Source of the DNA: Thermovirgaceae bacterium
GTDB taxonomy: Bacteria > Synergistota > Synergistia > Synergistales > Thermovirgaceae
Direction of reading: 5' to 3'
Assembly: GCA_040767805.1 (NCBI GenBank)
Contig: JAXGNU010000012.1
Span: 1 to 45,514, forward strand
Length of the DNA: 45,514 bases
Part shown: positions 1-10,207 of the stretch, piece by piece
How positions within the stretch are numbered: position 1 is the first letter of the stretch
Layout of the letters: every line of letters starts with the position of its first letter
Position numbers and translations under genes: made by a program
The notes under the pieces: generated by a model
What the model saw: only the letters and a program-made list of their open reading frames with translations
Database searches by the model: none
Told to the model about the DNA's origin: nothing

Positions 1-65
1 CCTGCCGACTTGCTATTCTCTCTGGGTGGCTTTTGCCCATTTCCCGTCCATGGGACCTGAAGGAG

Positions 66-131
66 TGTCGCCAGTTTTGTCGCTAGTTTGTCGCAAGTTG
101 GGAAGAAGCATCGTCGCAAACCTGTCGCAAA
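66..131. repeat. Clustered short direct repeats TGTCGC(n)A
   Basis: TGTCGCCAGTT at 66, TGTCGCTAGTT at 78, TGTCGCAAGTT at 89, CGTCGCAAA at 112, TGTCGCAAA at 123. Confidence 0.6.
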
Positions 132-411
132 GATCAGCCCTCTCCAGAGAACCAGTAGCGCAGTGGGTTGGTTCATCCTCGGTCTCTTTGGGGACCCTGG
201 TCCTCTCGTCCCAGGTCACCATGAGGCAATGGCCACCCGATAAGTCCAACCCTACTCCGTGTAGGTGCTTAAAACGCAGCTTCGCCAACTGTAATGGGGC
301 CTGAACACGTTGTTCCAGCCTCGTCGAGTTAGCCATTAGTATTCTTTGCCCAGTTTTTGGGCCTTGTTTTTATTGGTAAAAACTGCGTTTCCTTCACTCA
401 GCCTCGGGGTT

Positions 412-3171
412 CTATTCAAGATACAAGCGCCCAGATAGGCCGAGGTCTTCAAGTATCTGCTTGAGGTCAGCTTCAAATGTTCTTTCGAACTGCCCGTCGA
501 TGGTTACCGTAAAATCAATACCAATTCTAAGGTCTTTGCCACTCCGTAGTTTAGGCAAGATCTTGGTCCCAAGACGATTCCAGATTTCCGGCGGGACATC
601 CCCATGGATCCGCAATGTCTTTGTGCCAGGCCCCGGTACAGGTTCTGGCTCTGGTCCGGGCCCAGGCTCCGACACTGGCCCGGGTGTTGGAGTCGGTTCA
701 GCGTCACCCGGTGGAATAGGTTCTGAAGGGATCTTCAATTCAACTGCCTTGTTTTTTAAGAGCAAGAAGACCCCGGATTCGAAAGTGACATCCGCTGGAT
801 CGGTGAACTCTTTAAAAAGCACACGTTCATAGGTGCCATTAGATTTCAGGCCAGAAGCTAATCCGAAGTCACCCCTTGTAACGAACTCGACAATTCTGCT
901 TTTAAGGATCACATCTGGATCAAGCAGGCGGGTTAGCGATCCATTCAGGAAGCTTTGCCTGAGGCTTGAAAGTGGCCAGGCACCTGATTCCTTCAAAGCT
1001 GGAGGCCAGTTCCTCTCGATGTAGCCGGCGCCGACGGATTCATTGAGCAGGGCTTGAGATTTCAGTGCTGTGATCACGCGCCCGCAAAGGGTTTCACTAC
1101 TGCTTGAATGCCCTGCTCCAAGATCGATGACCTTAAGACCACCCGCTTCCTGTTGATCGGCAATAACCACAAACCGGTATCCTCCCCAGACTTCGTCCTT
1201 GGCGGCCTCTTCAGCATCAGACACCTTGGCCTGAAGTTCGGCCCGATCACTGCGGTCGAAGTCGCTGCCGAGGGTTCCCTCTGCGATTTCCTTGGCTACC
1301 CGCTTCCAGGCGAGCCACAACTCCACTTTTTCCCTGAGATCACCCCCAGGTTTCTTTACGCACCATACGAGCGATCCCGGGTAGAGTCTCGGCGACTTCC
1401 CGCGCTGCCGGGTCCATTCCGAAATCTTCAATTGCAGTGGGCCGGCACCTGACCATTCAGATTCCGGTTCGACCACAACAAGTGTGAGTTTCGGAGTGTC
1501 CTGTACGGAGGCTCCATCGGCCGGGAAGGGCACAATCGGAAGGCCAGCCCCCCGGTCAAACTCTTTTTGAACTAACTGCCGCATGGCAGGCTTGATTTCA
1601 GTTTCTTCGTCCAATGAGGCCCTGCGATCGTTCACCACCTTTTTCATAGTGGCTTGGTGGCTGATCTTGAATCCGTCCGAACCGACCCGACGGAAAAAGT
1701 AAGATTTGTCTTCAAGACTGAAGGCTGCCATGTCCACTGATGTCGTATCGACTTCCGGCTCCCCCAGGGCGAACCTCAGTTCCGGCAGATACGCCACCTT
1801 ATCAATCTGCCCACCGGAGGATTCAAACAGAATGGTAGTTGCCACGCGCCGATGGATGTTCCGTAAAGCACCCTTTGTATCCGCATCCAGAGCCCTGGCG
1901 TGAGATTGTGCTCCAGAAATGTCAGAATCGATGGCAGCCACCAGTCGGGATTCGCCCAATTGTCCGAGCACAACGCTTCGGAACTCGGGGACTTCCAGGG
2001 GCGCTGACCCCAGGGTTATCAGCGGTTCTCGCCGGGCTTCAGTGAACCCGGTACGATATGCCCAAGAGATCCATTGCGCAAACATTGCGAGAGTCCCGCG
2101 GGTTTGCTGATACTGCGGAAGAGCCTGCCATTTGCGCTGGAAAACCGAAAGGGTTGCCGGATGGAAGGGGTAGCAAACCTCAAAACGACTGCGTAAATAT
2201 TCTCTCGCTTTGACTTCTGTTGTAGCGCTATCCACGGCCGTCCATTCCGGAGGTAGTTGGGCGCGACGTTCAAAACACCAGTCAGCGTATGTTTTGCAAA
2301 CCGATTTCCTTACACGTTCGTTACCGATTTCCTCAAATAGTCGACGGCGAACCACTTCGCTGATCTCGGTTTCATCGTTGGCGATGAGGTCTTTCGCCAC
2401 CCGGCGGACAACCTTTGTTATCTTGTCCTGCCACTGCATATCCCAGTCGGTCATCTCGACCTGGCTGCGCGGCAGGCTGATCACCGCCGTGCCCTGTGTG
2501 GTGCCGGTGGTTGCCACCGTCAGGTTCTGAATGAAGGCATGGAATTGATCCGCCATGCTTCGATGTCGATTTAAAAAGTTCAAAACCTCGTCGAAAAGAA
2601 GGAGCACAGGTCTGTCCGCCGCTTTAAAAACACGGGTAAGGGCGTCTGTTCCAGGCGCCGTCGTTTTGGCCATGTCCCCCAGTTCCCGGACCCCCTCATT
2701 TCCGGCAAGTTGCCGGGCCACATCGATCCAGGGTGTTTCACGACCATCCTGGGGGTCCCAGGCGTTGCCTACAAAGACGGCGACACGGGCCTCTGGCACG
2801 ATTTTGAGGCCCACTTCCGAAAGCAGAGCCCTTACTCCGGGGTATTCCTCCGCTTTCTTCCCATTGGTTGCCAGATGATAAAGTGCCGTGAGTGTGTGGG
2901 TTTTACCGCCGCCAAATTGTGTGATCAGGGTCATGACCGGTGCGGTGTTCACCGTCTCGCCGGCGAGCCGGCGCAGCACCATGCCCGCGTGTTCTCGGAG
3001 TGCCCGTGTAAAGCAGGTGCGGCTGAAGAATTTTTCCGGTTCCCGGTAATCTTCAGGGGCGGTTCCGGCAAGGACCTGCTCAAGGTGGATGGCGAATTCG
3101 TCCGGGTTGAAGGAGCGGCCTTGGCGTACTTCCTTACGGGGCGTTGCAATTCTGTACCATGGTTCCATCAA
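412..3171 (-). CDS. DUF499-family AAA+ ATPase (BrxC-related) of a restriction-like system
   Basis: 919 aa; N-terminal PWYRIATPRKEV..FAIHL, Walker A QFGGGKTH, Walker B LLFDE, YPFHP motif, Pro/Glu-rich linker before a small C-terminal domain. Confidence 0.9.
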   Translation of the reverse strand: MMEPWYRIATPRKEVRQGRSFNPDEFAIHLEQVLAGTAPEDYREPEKFFSRTCFTRALREHAGMVLRRLAGETVNTAPVMTLITQFGGGKTHTLTALYHLATNGKKAEEYPGVRALLSEVGLKIVPEARVAVFVGNAWDPQDGRETPWIDVARQLAGNEGVRELGDMAKTTAPGTDALTRVFKAADRPVLLLFDEVLNFLNRHRSMADQFHAFIQNLTVATTGTTQGTAVISLPRSQVEMTDWDMQWQDKITKVVRRVAKDLIANDETEISEVVRRRLFEEIGNERVRKSVCKTYADWCFERRAQLPPEWTAVDSATTEVKAREYLRSRFEVCYPFHPATLSVFQRKWQALPQYQQTRGTLAMFAQWISWAYRTGFTEARREPLITLGSAPLEVPEFRSVVLGQLGESRLVAAIDSDISGAQSHARALDADTKGALRNIHRRVATTILFESSGGQIDKVAYLPELRFALGEPEVDTTSVDMAAFSLEDKSYFFRRVGSDGFKISHQATMKKVVNDRRASLDEETEIKPAMRQLVQKEFDRGAGLPIVPFPADGASVQDTPKLTLVVVEPESEWSGAGPLQLKISEWTRQRGKSPRLYPGSLVWCVKKPGGDLREKVELWLAWKRVAKEIAEGTLGSDFDRSDRAELQAKVSDAEEAAKDEVWGGYRFVVIADQQEAGGLKVIDLGAGHSSSSETLCGRVITALKSQALLNESVGAGYIERNWPPALKESGAWPLSSLRQSFLNGSLTRLLDPDVILKSRIVEFVTRGDFGLASGLKSNGTYERVLFKEFTDPADVTFESGVFLLLKNKAVELKIPSEPIPPGDAEPTPTPGPVSEPGPGPEPEPVPGPGTKTLRIHGDVPPEIWNRLGTKILPKLRSGKDLRIGIDFTVTIDGQFERTFEADLKQILEDLGLSGRLYLE

Positions 3172-3258
3172 AAAGCCTCCCTATCAGCAAAGAGGGGCGG
3201 AGAACAAAGAGAAATCATAAAATCCTCTTTGTGTAATTTGTGTTTCCGTGGTGCATGT

Positions 3259-6200
3259 TCACCTCGGCGCAGCCAGAAGCATCGCGTCCAGTAATCGTTT
3301 TTCTTCACTTCCTACAGGATAAAGGGCTGACAGTGCATTGGCCAGTCGCAGAAAATCGGGACCGCGTTCTTGCTCAGCCTTGATGAGAATACGCAAGGCA
3401 TTTGCCTGCCCGCCCGCCTGAAGCAGCATCGCTGCATGAACCCGGTCGAGTGTGGTGGCTTCCCGCATCACACCACCCTCAAGGGCCGAGGCTCCCAGGG
3501 TTGCTTTACGATGATCACGAATCCTGGAAACCTGTTTCTTTTCGAATTCAGGGAGGAGCAGTTGTTGGTCCTTCTCATGGGAATAGTGATCGATCAAATC
3601 CACGACAGCTTCGGTGCCATCATCGCCGAAAAGCTGTCTGGACCGTTCTGAGACCGCCATGAGCCGAACTACGCCCTTTTGCGTCTCAATAATCCGTCCC
3701 TCCCACTTGGGAAGGGCTATGCCCAAAGGCTGGGCAAAACGGCGGACCACGTCGAAGACCAGGCTGTAGCCTTTGGCCTTACCCTTCGGGGTCTCTTCTT
3801 CATCATCGTCAACTTCCGAATCCTCTTCGGGATCAACATCGTGTGCGACACTGGAGCCCGTGCCGTTTTGGCCATTGGTACTTTGAAGCGTCCAGAGGAA
3901 AAGCGCAGTTAAACGCGCATCCTCTTCCAGGACTCCCGCCATCCCATTTCGAGCACGGGCCTCATCGGTTCCAAGGATTTGCTCAAGGGCCGTTCGCCCA
4001 ACAACCTCCCAGACCTTTTCCAGGTATTCGGCCAGCTTAACTTCGCTGCCGTCGGCGTTTTCAACCCTGCTGTAACGACTGAATATCTCCAATGCAGGGC
4101 CAATGCAGGCAAAGACCAGATCTGCGCCGCGAATACCTTCGCCTTGGAGGCGTTCCATCCAGTCGCCGACGCGTTTGGGCAATTCCCGCAGAACATCACC
4201 CCAGTCGCCAACGGGTGCGTCTTCGGGACGCGGACGACAGACTAGGTGGACGCTGGTAGCTAGAGCGGCTGAATCTTGAGAGCGTAACCTACCAGGTCTC
4301 TCGGTAGCGATTGGCCAAGAGCCGGTGATTGTCCAACCTCCCCGAATCATGCCAGAAAGGAGTGCTTCCCAGCCTTCAGTAGTTTTGTGTGCGAAAACGA
4401 CAGAGCCAATGCCATCTTCCTTGAGGAGTCGGCGACCTTCAGCAAAGGATTTGCCCATTGTTTTCTCGAAAAACGTTTTGTCCTTCGGCTGCCCGTCAAC
4501 CTTCTTGGTTTCATCCTGGACTGCCTCACGAGTTTTTGGAGACAATTGATTAGCTGGATCAAACTGGTCACCCAGCAAGGGATGATCTTGTAAAGCGCGC
4601 TTCAGCCACACCAAGAAGAAATCAGAAAGATCCGAGTACGGGATTGCATCATAATATGGGGGGTCGGTGAACCACGCATCGACAGTATCATCGGGCAGGG
4701 GATGCATTGTAGCGTCAGCAGACTGCACTTGGCCGACTGAATTTGAGGGGGGCCACGCTTCGATAACTCGAGCGACCCAGTCGACTGCGCCACCAAACCC
4801 ACCCGATTCTGTCGTCATCGGAAAGGGCTCACAGAAATCCCACACGATAGGAAGAGCCTGTCGTCCAAATACATTTGCGACGAACTCGCCTGTACTTACC
4901 CACATGTTGAGGCTTGACCAGAATGATGAGCACCGACTTACTGCCATACTGAGCGATTCTCGGCCAGCGTTTGCGCAGTCATTTTCGGAAACTGCATCCA
5001 TGAATCGTGGAAGCCCGAGGAGTGCCAATTTCTGCCTTGCCGTGAATAGATCGCCCCACTGAAGCATGCCGTAACGCTGAACGCGAAAGCCAAGAGTTCC
5101 AATTGGTGGAAGCGGTTCATCCGGCACGGGGCAAAGCCCTTTTCTGCCACCCTTCTCCCACACGTCCAGAATCGCTTCAAGCCGCTTTTGCGCTTTCCAG
5201 ACCGCCTCATAATCGCGCACCGTGGGCAGCCGATAGTTGCGCCCCGAAACACCGGGAGACAGCGTTACAACGGCCAGCATACGAGCGCCGCCGACACGCT
5301 TACCGTCGTTATCAAATATGACGTCAGCCCCGCCTCGCTGGCTGGAAAGCTGCGCCCGCACACGCTCCGGCGGCAAAACCGTATTGCAGCACGGGCAGGT
5401 GGCCCTGGCCCGGGTTACTGTCCCTCCGCGTACTTCTCTATCTAATTTCGGCTCGAATATCTCGAATTCGATGCTTGGCGGCGTTCCCTCCTCCTTTAGA
5501 ACTCTTAATTGAAGTGCTTTTTTCCGGTTCGGTTTTTTACAGAGCCAGAATGACCGCATCAGCGGAATCTCAGCTCCACAATTAGGTGATTCACATCTCA
5601 CCGTTCGTGCCCAAAGATAGGCTATGGGGGTGGCCCCGTCCTCATCTTTTGGGTAAAACTCAGCCAGTTCCTTTTCGGCCTGTTTCTTGATTTTTCCTCC
5701 GACCCGCCGCAGTTCTTCGGCAAGCTCCGGGCCGTGGCGCGGGATATCCTCCAGCATCACCTTGAGAATGAGACAGGCCACTGGGTTGAGGTCGCTGGCA
5801 AAAGCTTCGCAGCCGAGCCGCAAAGCCTCCAACGGGATCGATCCGCCCCCGGCAAAGGGATCCACCACCAGAGGCGTCTCCTCGGGATGGGCGGCCTTTA
5901 CCAGATTGCGGGCAGTGTTCAAAAAAAAGTCGTTCGCCGAGTTATCCCAATCGGCAAAATCCCCGATAAAAGAAAGAAGCGCTTTGCGCAGCCCCTTTTC
6001 GGATTTAACCTGTTCGATCATGCGAGGGGTGTTCCAGCCGGGCATGTGAAGTAACAATTCTTTCGCTCTTGTTTTGAACTTCTCAGGACAAAGTGGATCG
6101 CAGGGGTCGGGCAGAAGGAGCGCCATGAGCATCGCCCGGCAAGACGCAAGTGGACGTCGAGCCCACCAGAGATGAAGCGTCGAGGGGTGGCCGTGCCGGA

Positions 6201-6285
6201 TGGATTTCTCCCGCGCCGAGTGCTTAGAAACCACAGCAATCGGAAAATCCACTTCAGCCAGGCGTTTACATTCTTTCGGAATCAT
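3259..6285 (-). CDS. DUF1156 adenine-specific DNA methyltransferase with Zn ribbon
   Basis: 1008 aa; HLWWARRPL signature, motif I VDPFAGGGSIP, motif IV TDPPYYD, Cys pairs CESPNC/CPCC. Confidence 0.92.
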   Translation of the reverse strand: MIPKECKRLAEVDFPIAVVSKHSAREKSIRHGHPSTLHLWWARRPLASCRAMLMALLLPDPCDPLCPEKFKTRAKELLLHMPGWNTPRMIEQVKSEKGLRKALLSFIGDFADWDNSANDFFLNTARNLVKAAHPEETPLVVDPFAGGGSIPLEALRLGCEAFASDLNPVACLILKVMLEDIPRHGPELAEELRRVGGKIKKQAEKELAEFYPKDEDGATPIAYLWARTVRCESPNCGAEIPLMRSFWLCKKPNRKKALQLRVLKEEGTPPSIEFEIFEPKLDREVRGGTVTRARATCPCCNTVLPPERVRAQLSSQRGGADVIFDNDGKRVGGARMLAVVTLSPGVSGRNYRLPTVRDYEAVWKAQKRLEAILDVWEKGGRKGLCPVPDEPLPPIGTLGFRVQRYGMLQWGDLFTARQKLALLGLPRFMDAVSENDCANAGRESLSMAVSRCSSFWSSLNMWVSTGEFVANVFGRQALPIVWDFCEPFPMTTESGGFGGAVDWVARVIEAWPPSNSVGQVQSADATMHPLPDDTVDAWFTDPPYYDAIPYSDLSDFFLVWLKRALQDHPLLGDQFDPANQLSPKTREAVQDETKKVDGQPKDKTFFEKTMGKSFAEGRRLLKEDGIGSVVFAHKTTEGWEALLSGMIRGGWTITGSWPIATERPGRLRSQDSAALATSVHLVCRPRPEDAPVGDWGDVLRELPKRVGDWMERLQGEGIRGADLVFACIGPALEIFSRYSRVENADGSEVKLAEYLEKVWEVVGRTALEQILGTDEARARNGMAGVLEEDARLTALFLWTLQSTNGQNGTGSSVAHDVDPEEDSEVDDDEEETPKGKAKGYSLVFDVVRRFAQPLGIALPKWEGRIIETQKGVVRLMAVSERSRQLFGDDGTEAVVDLIDHYSHEKDQQLLLPEFEKKQVSRIRDHRKATLGASALEGGVMREATTLDRVHAAMLLQAGGQANALRILIKAEQERGPDFLRLANALSALYPVGSEEKRLLDAMLLAAPR

Positions 6286-8257
6286 TGCCCACCTCCTCGT
6301 TGGGGTTTCAGGGCAATGATTTTCTCGACTATGCCCTTCAGCGTTGCGCTTGTCTTCCCGTCGGCGGATGCCTTCTCAACAATGCGCTGGAGCACGACCG
6401 GGTTCTTCAACGCATCCTTCTTCTTCGGGATGCCCAATTGCTCTTGGGTGTCCTCAAGCAGGCGGTCAAACAAATCCTTCCCGATTTCCTCTTCAAGCGA
6501 GGCTTCGAGTTTGACTTTGAAGCAGGCATGACTGTCTTTCACGCCACAGGGCCAGTCTTCGTCCGATTGGCCGACAAGCCGTAGAAGCCTGTGGTTGTCC
6601 TCTGGCTTTGCATCTGTTTCACCACTGTCGCCATCCCAGATGACGTAGACCGGAATACCGAGACGCCGGAAGATGACCAGTGGCCGGTCCAGATTGTTTT
6701 TACCCATGCAGGGAATGACCGAGATGCCGTCACTGTCGAAGTTGTGTCCCATCGATACCGCAATGCCCAAAATTGCAGCGCGGTCGTCTTCGCCCTCGAC
6801 CAGTACCGCGACATCGGCGAAGAACCCTTCATTGACCCAGGGCGTCATGACTGCCTGAAGCCGAGGTCGGAGTGTGTCGGCGGTGAACTTGCTTCTCTGT
6901 TTGCCCCCAGCCGTCCAGATTTCCTCGGCCACGGCGTCAAGTTCAGCCTTGACGGCTTTCGTCACCCGGGGTTTTCCGGCAGCATGGTCGGTTTTCCGCA
7001 AGAGGCGGATTTGCTCGAAGCGGTCAAGGCCGACAAAGAGCGGGGAGTGCGTGGAGTAGAGGACCTGCGTCTTTTTTGCCACGCCGGGGATCGCGCCTTG
7101 CGAGAGTTTCAGAAGGACGGCCGCCATGTGTCGTTGACGGCTCGGATGCTGATAGAGTTCGGGCTCCTCAATGGCAAGAACTAGACCAGGAAGTTGCGGC
7201 TCTTCCTGCTCTGGGATTCCTGATTCCGATGAGAAGCCCTCCTCCGTCGAGCTTTCAATGCTCTTTGCTGCCACCAAATGCTGCAGCATGGTCAGAATAA
7301 ATGCGCGTTGGAGGCCATGGCCGGTCCGTTGTACCGATGACTTGTAACCGTCCTCCTGGAGTTTGACCTCAGCCTTCGGCAGGGGGAAATCAATGTCAAC
7401 GAGTTTGGCCCACTCCATCGAAACATTCGCTTCCGGTGCATAGTGCCGCAGGGTTGCGGACAACTGCGCCTGAAGACCGGAGAGTTCCGTGAGCTTCGAT
7501 GGGTCCATGATCTCACGGTATTGCTTCTGGGTGTCGTCCTTCAGCTTGATGAATTCCTTGCGGTTAGCGAGAGTCCGCCGCACTACGAGATCCATGATTT
7601 CGGTGACACACGACCCCTTGCCTTCGATAGCGTCATCCGATGCGTCCCGGACTGCGGGAATGTGGATGAAGCGCGTGTGGCGGCCAAGGTAACCGTTGCC
7701 GACCTCTGTGAAGCCGAAGAACTGGCCATCGTCGCGCATTCTGTTACACGAGGCAGCGTTGGCGGTCTCCCACTTCTTGAGTTCTTCCTCAACTTGGTCA
7801 GCTTTCCGTACGTTGGGCAGAGAGGAATACTGCGCATTGCCTGATCTCGTCGTATTTGTTCCTGATGTCTGTTTTTCCACCTGCTTGGCGAACCTCTACG
7901 AAATCGGGGTTCAGCAGGCGCATGCCGTGGTAGGTGCCTGTTTTTCTTAGCCGACAAAGAAAACACCCTGGCCGCACGGTAAGATCGCTGCCGTCAATAT
8001 ATGGATCAAACAAAGTTCTTTCGTCAGCACTAAGGTCAGTGAAAGTCACGGCGATTTCGATTTCCTTGTCTGTGTTCTCTCGCATAGAAATCCTCGACTG
8101 TAACGGTTGCCTTCGGATCGTAGAACAAATTCATCGCCGCCAAGAAAGACGATTTTCCGGTTCCGTTGCGTCCCACGATGACTGTAAGGTTTTCGCAGTC
8201 GATCCTTTCGTCCAGGATCGAGCGGAAATTCGTGACATGAAGAGTTTTGACGATCAT
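6282..8257 (-). pseudogene. OLD-family ATP-dependent nuclease (ABC ATPase + TOPRIM), frameshifted in the 5' quarter
   Basis: Walker A GRNGTGKS in ORF 8036-8257; continues through ORF pieces 7798-8085 and 7583-7966 into 6282-7880, which has IEEPELYQHP, STHSP, TOPRIM VLVEGEDD and WDGD; about four frame changes near 8080, 7973, 7943 and 7838. Confidence 0.85.
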
Positions 8258-8461
8258 GACTGTACCCTCCTGTCTGGATATCGATCCCTGGTGTTGGCGC
8301 GGGTATAGGATCTTTTCGACGCATCGCGCATGAATTCCTGGAGGACGGTCTCAGGTACACCGGAGTATTGGCAGATCCCACCACTGTGAACTCCACCTCC
8401 AGTATTCTCGTTCCGCGTCATAGCCGATGGAGATATTGCTGGGGACAGGTGTTCTATTCAT
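8254..8461 (-). pseudogene. KTSC-domain protein with two apparent 1-nt deletions
   Basis: Manual translation MNRTPVPSNISIGYDAE/ILEVEF/HSGGICQYSGVPETVLQEFMRDASKRSYTRANTRDRYPDRRVQS*; GGAGGA SD; start overlaps the RmuC end and stop overlaps the OLD ATG (ATGA). Confidence 0.8.
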
Positions 8462-9938
8462 TTGCTAGTCCTCCATCATCAGCAGGTGGGGTCGCATACC
8501 CAGATCCGGTCTTTGTGTCCCTGGATATCATCCAAATTCCCTTCACCTCCGGCGCGGTGAGCGCGCGGGGCATTGTCTCGACGGGTGACAAAGGCGGAAT
8601 CTCGTTGCCGATTGCGGCCCCCAAGTCCTTGAATCTTCGCGCAGCGGGCAGAACCCTGGCTTCCATCGATCCCACGGCGCTGTTGTAGGACGAATTGGCT
8701 TTCTCAAGCCCCTTGCCGATGTCGCCGATGTGCTCAGCCAGAATCCTCATGCGTTCATACAGTTGTTTCCCGAGATCGCTTATTTCTTGTGCATTCTTGG
8801 CCACCAGTTCCTGCCGCCAACCGTATGCTACGGCCCGCAGGAGCGCAATAAGCGTTGTAGGGGTCGCCAGAATCACGCCCTGTTCGAGTCCGTCCTCGAT
8901 GAGGGTGTGGTCAGCATCTACTGCTGCGCCGAAGAAGGACTCGCCAGGGATGAACATCACGACAAACTCGGGGGCTTTGGAGAACTGGCTCCAGTAGGCT
9001 TTGGACGCAAGGATGTTCATGTGAGTTCGTACTTGATCCGCGTGCCGCGCCATAGCCTTCTTGCGCGTGTCTTCCGACTCGCTGGCTACGGCGTCGAGGT
9101 ACGCTTCCAGGGGGACCTTCGCATCCACTACGATTTCGCGTTCGGCCGGCAGTTGCACTACGAGGTCGGGGCGCTGTTGGCCTTCCTCGGTATTGATGGT
9201 GACCTGTTCTGCAAAGTCGCAGTGCTCGGACATTCCGGCCAACTCCACCACGCGGCGCAGGGTCATCTCACCCCAGCGGCCGCGTACCTGCGGCTTGCGC
9301 AGGGCCGTGACTAGATTCGCGGTCTCTTTCTGAAGCTGCTGCTGGCCTGTGGACACAAGTTTCATGTGCTCGGTCAGGCCGGAGTACGCCTCCTGCCGAT
9401 TCTTCTCAATCGTGCGGACATGTTCCTCGAATTTCGTAATAGACTCCGCAAGTGGTTTGACCATGCCCTGAATGGCTTCCTGGCGTTTGCCGAGGTCTCC
9501 CTTGGCGTCCGTGAGAACCTTGTCGAGCGTCTCCTTGGCCAGCTTCAGAAATGCGTCCGTGTTGTTATTGAGCGTGTCCCCAGCGAGCGCCTTGAATGTG
9601 TCCGTGAGCTTGGCCTTTGCGTCATCTAGAAGTATCCTTTCCTCCTCAAGACGCTGTACGGTTTCTGCCAATCGAGTCTCGGCCTTTACCCGCGCGCAGT
9701 TCTCGTTGCCAAACTGGTCCCGCAGTTTCGTGAAATCCTCAAAGGCCTTCTGATTCTGCCCACGAAGTTCGGTAACGGTGGCTTCCAGCCCAGAGGCGCG
9801 GCCCTCGGCCAGGTTTGCCCGGCGCTCGGACTCCTCAATCTTGAACGTGAAGGATTTCGTGATGCGCGCAGACGCGATCAGCCAGGCCGCAAGGCCACCA
9901 ATTACTAGACCGGCCAAAACGCAGATAGTGTAGGTCAT
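8454..9938 (-). CDS. rmuC: DNA recombination protein RmuC family (N-terminal TM, coiled coil, restriction-endonuclease-like fold)
   Basis: RGRWGEMTL, RPDLVVQLP, VVDAKVPL, FVVMFIPGE, ATPTTLIALL motifs. Confidence 0.92.
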   Translation of the reverse strand: MTYTICVLAGLVIGGLAAWLIASARITKSFTFKIEESERRANLAEGRASGLEATVTELRGQNQKAFEDFTKLRDQFGNENCARVKAETRLAETVQRLEEERILLDDAKAKLTDTFKALAGDTLNNNTDAFLKLAKETLDKVLTDAKGDLGKRQEAIQGMVKPLAESITKFEEHVRTIEKNRQEAYSGLTEHMKLVSTGQQQLQKETANLVTALRKPQVRGRWGEMTLRRVVELAGMSEHCDFAEQVTINTEEGQQRPDLVVQLPAEREIVVDAKVPLEAYLDAVASESEDTRKKAMARHADQVRTHMNILASKAYWSQFSKAPEFVVMFIPGESFFGAAVDADHTLIEDGLEQGVILATPTTLIALLRAVAYGWRQELVAKNAQEISDLGKQLYERMRILAEHIGDIGKGLEKANSSYNSAVGSMEARVLPAARRFKDLGAAIGNEIPPLSPVETMPRALTAPEVKGIWMISRDTKTGSGYATPPADDGGLANE

Positions 9939-10207
9939 TGCGCACCCCCCATCTTAACCTTGTCCCGGCTATCCTGCCCGCCAAAGCCCTTCCCGTACCA
10001 TGCCCGGCCTGAGACATAGGCTATCGCAGACAATCCCAGTATTTGCAACATTCTTCATTTTATCGCCCCTCATCTCAAAATTAACCAGCCTAAATGGGAA
10101 CATGTCCGGTTTGTGTCCTGTTTCCCGGCATCCCCTAATTGCTTACTTGCAGCCTATTCAGCCGTCTTTTCCATGAGTCCTTTGAGTCTTTTATGAGACC
10201 TTTCCAG

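Noticed and set aside
13..336. 107-aa ORF after the DUF499 gene as a further system component
   Set aside because: No recognisable motif and it runs through the TGTCGC repeat cluster; cannot be supported
1..400. Duplicated tRNA-Asn 3' end (att site) at the left end
   Set aside because: No copy of the tRNA 3' sequence seen in the window
620..725. Pro-Glu/Pro-Gly repeat as a DNA repeat element
   Set aside because: Low-complexity linker within the DUF499 protein
6282..8257. Gabija or retron system
   Set aside because: OLD nuclease present but no UvrD-like GajB or reverse transcriptase adjacent
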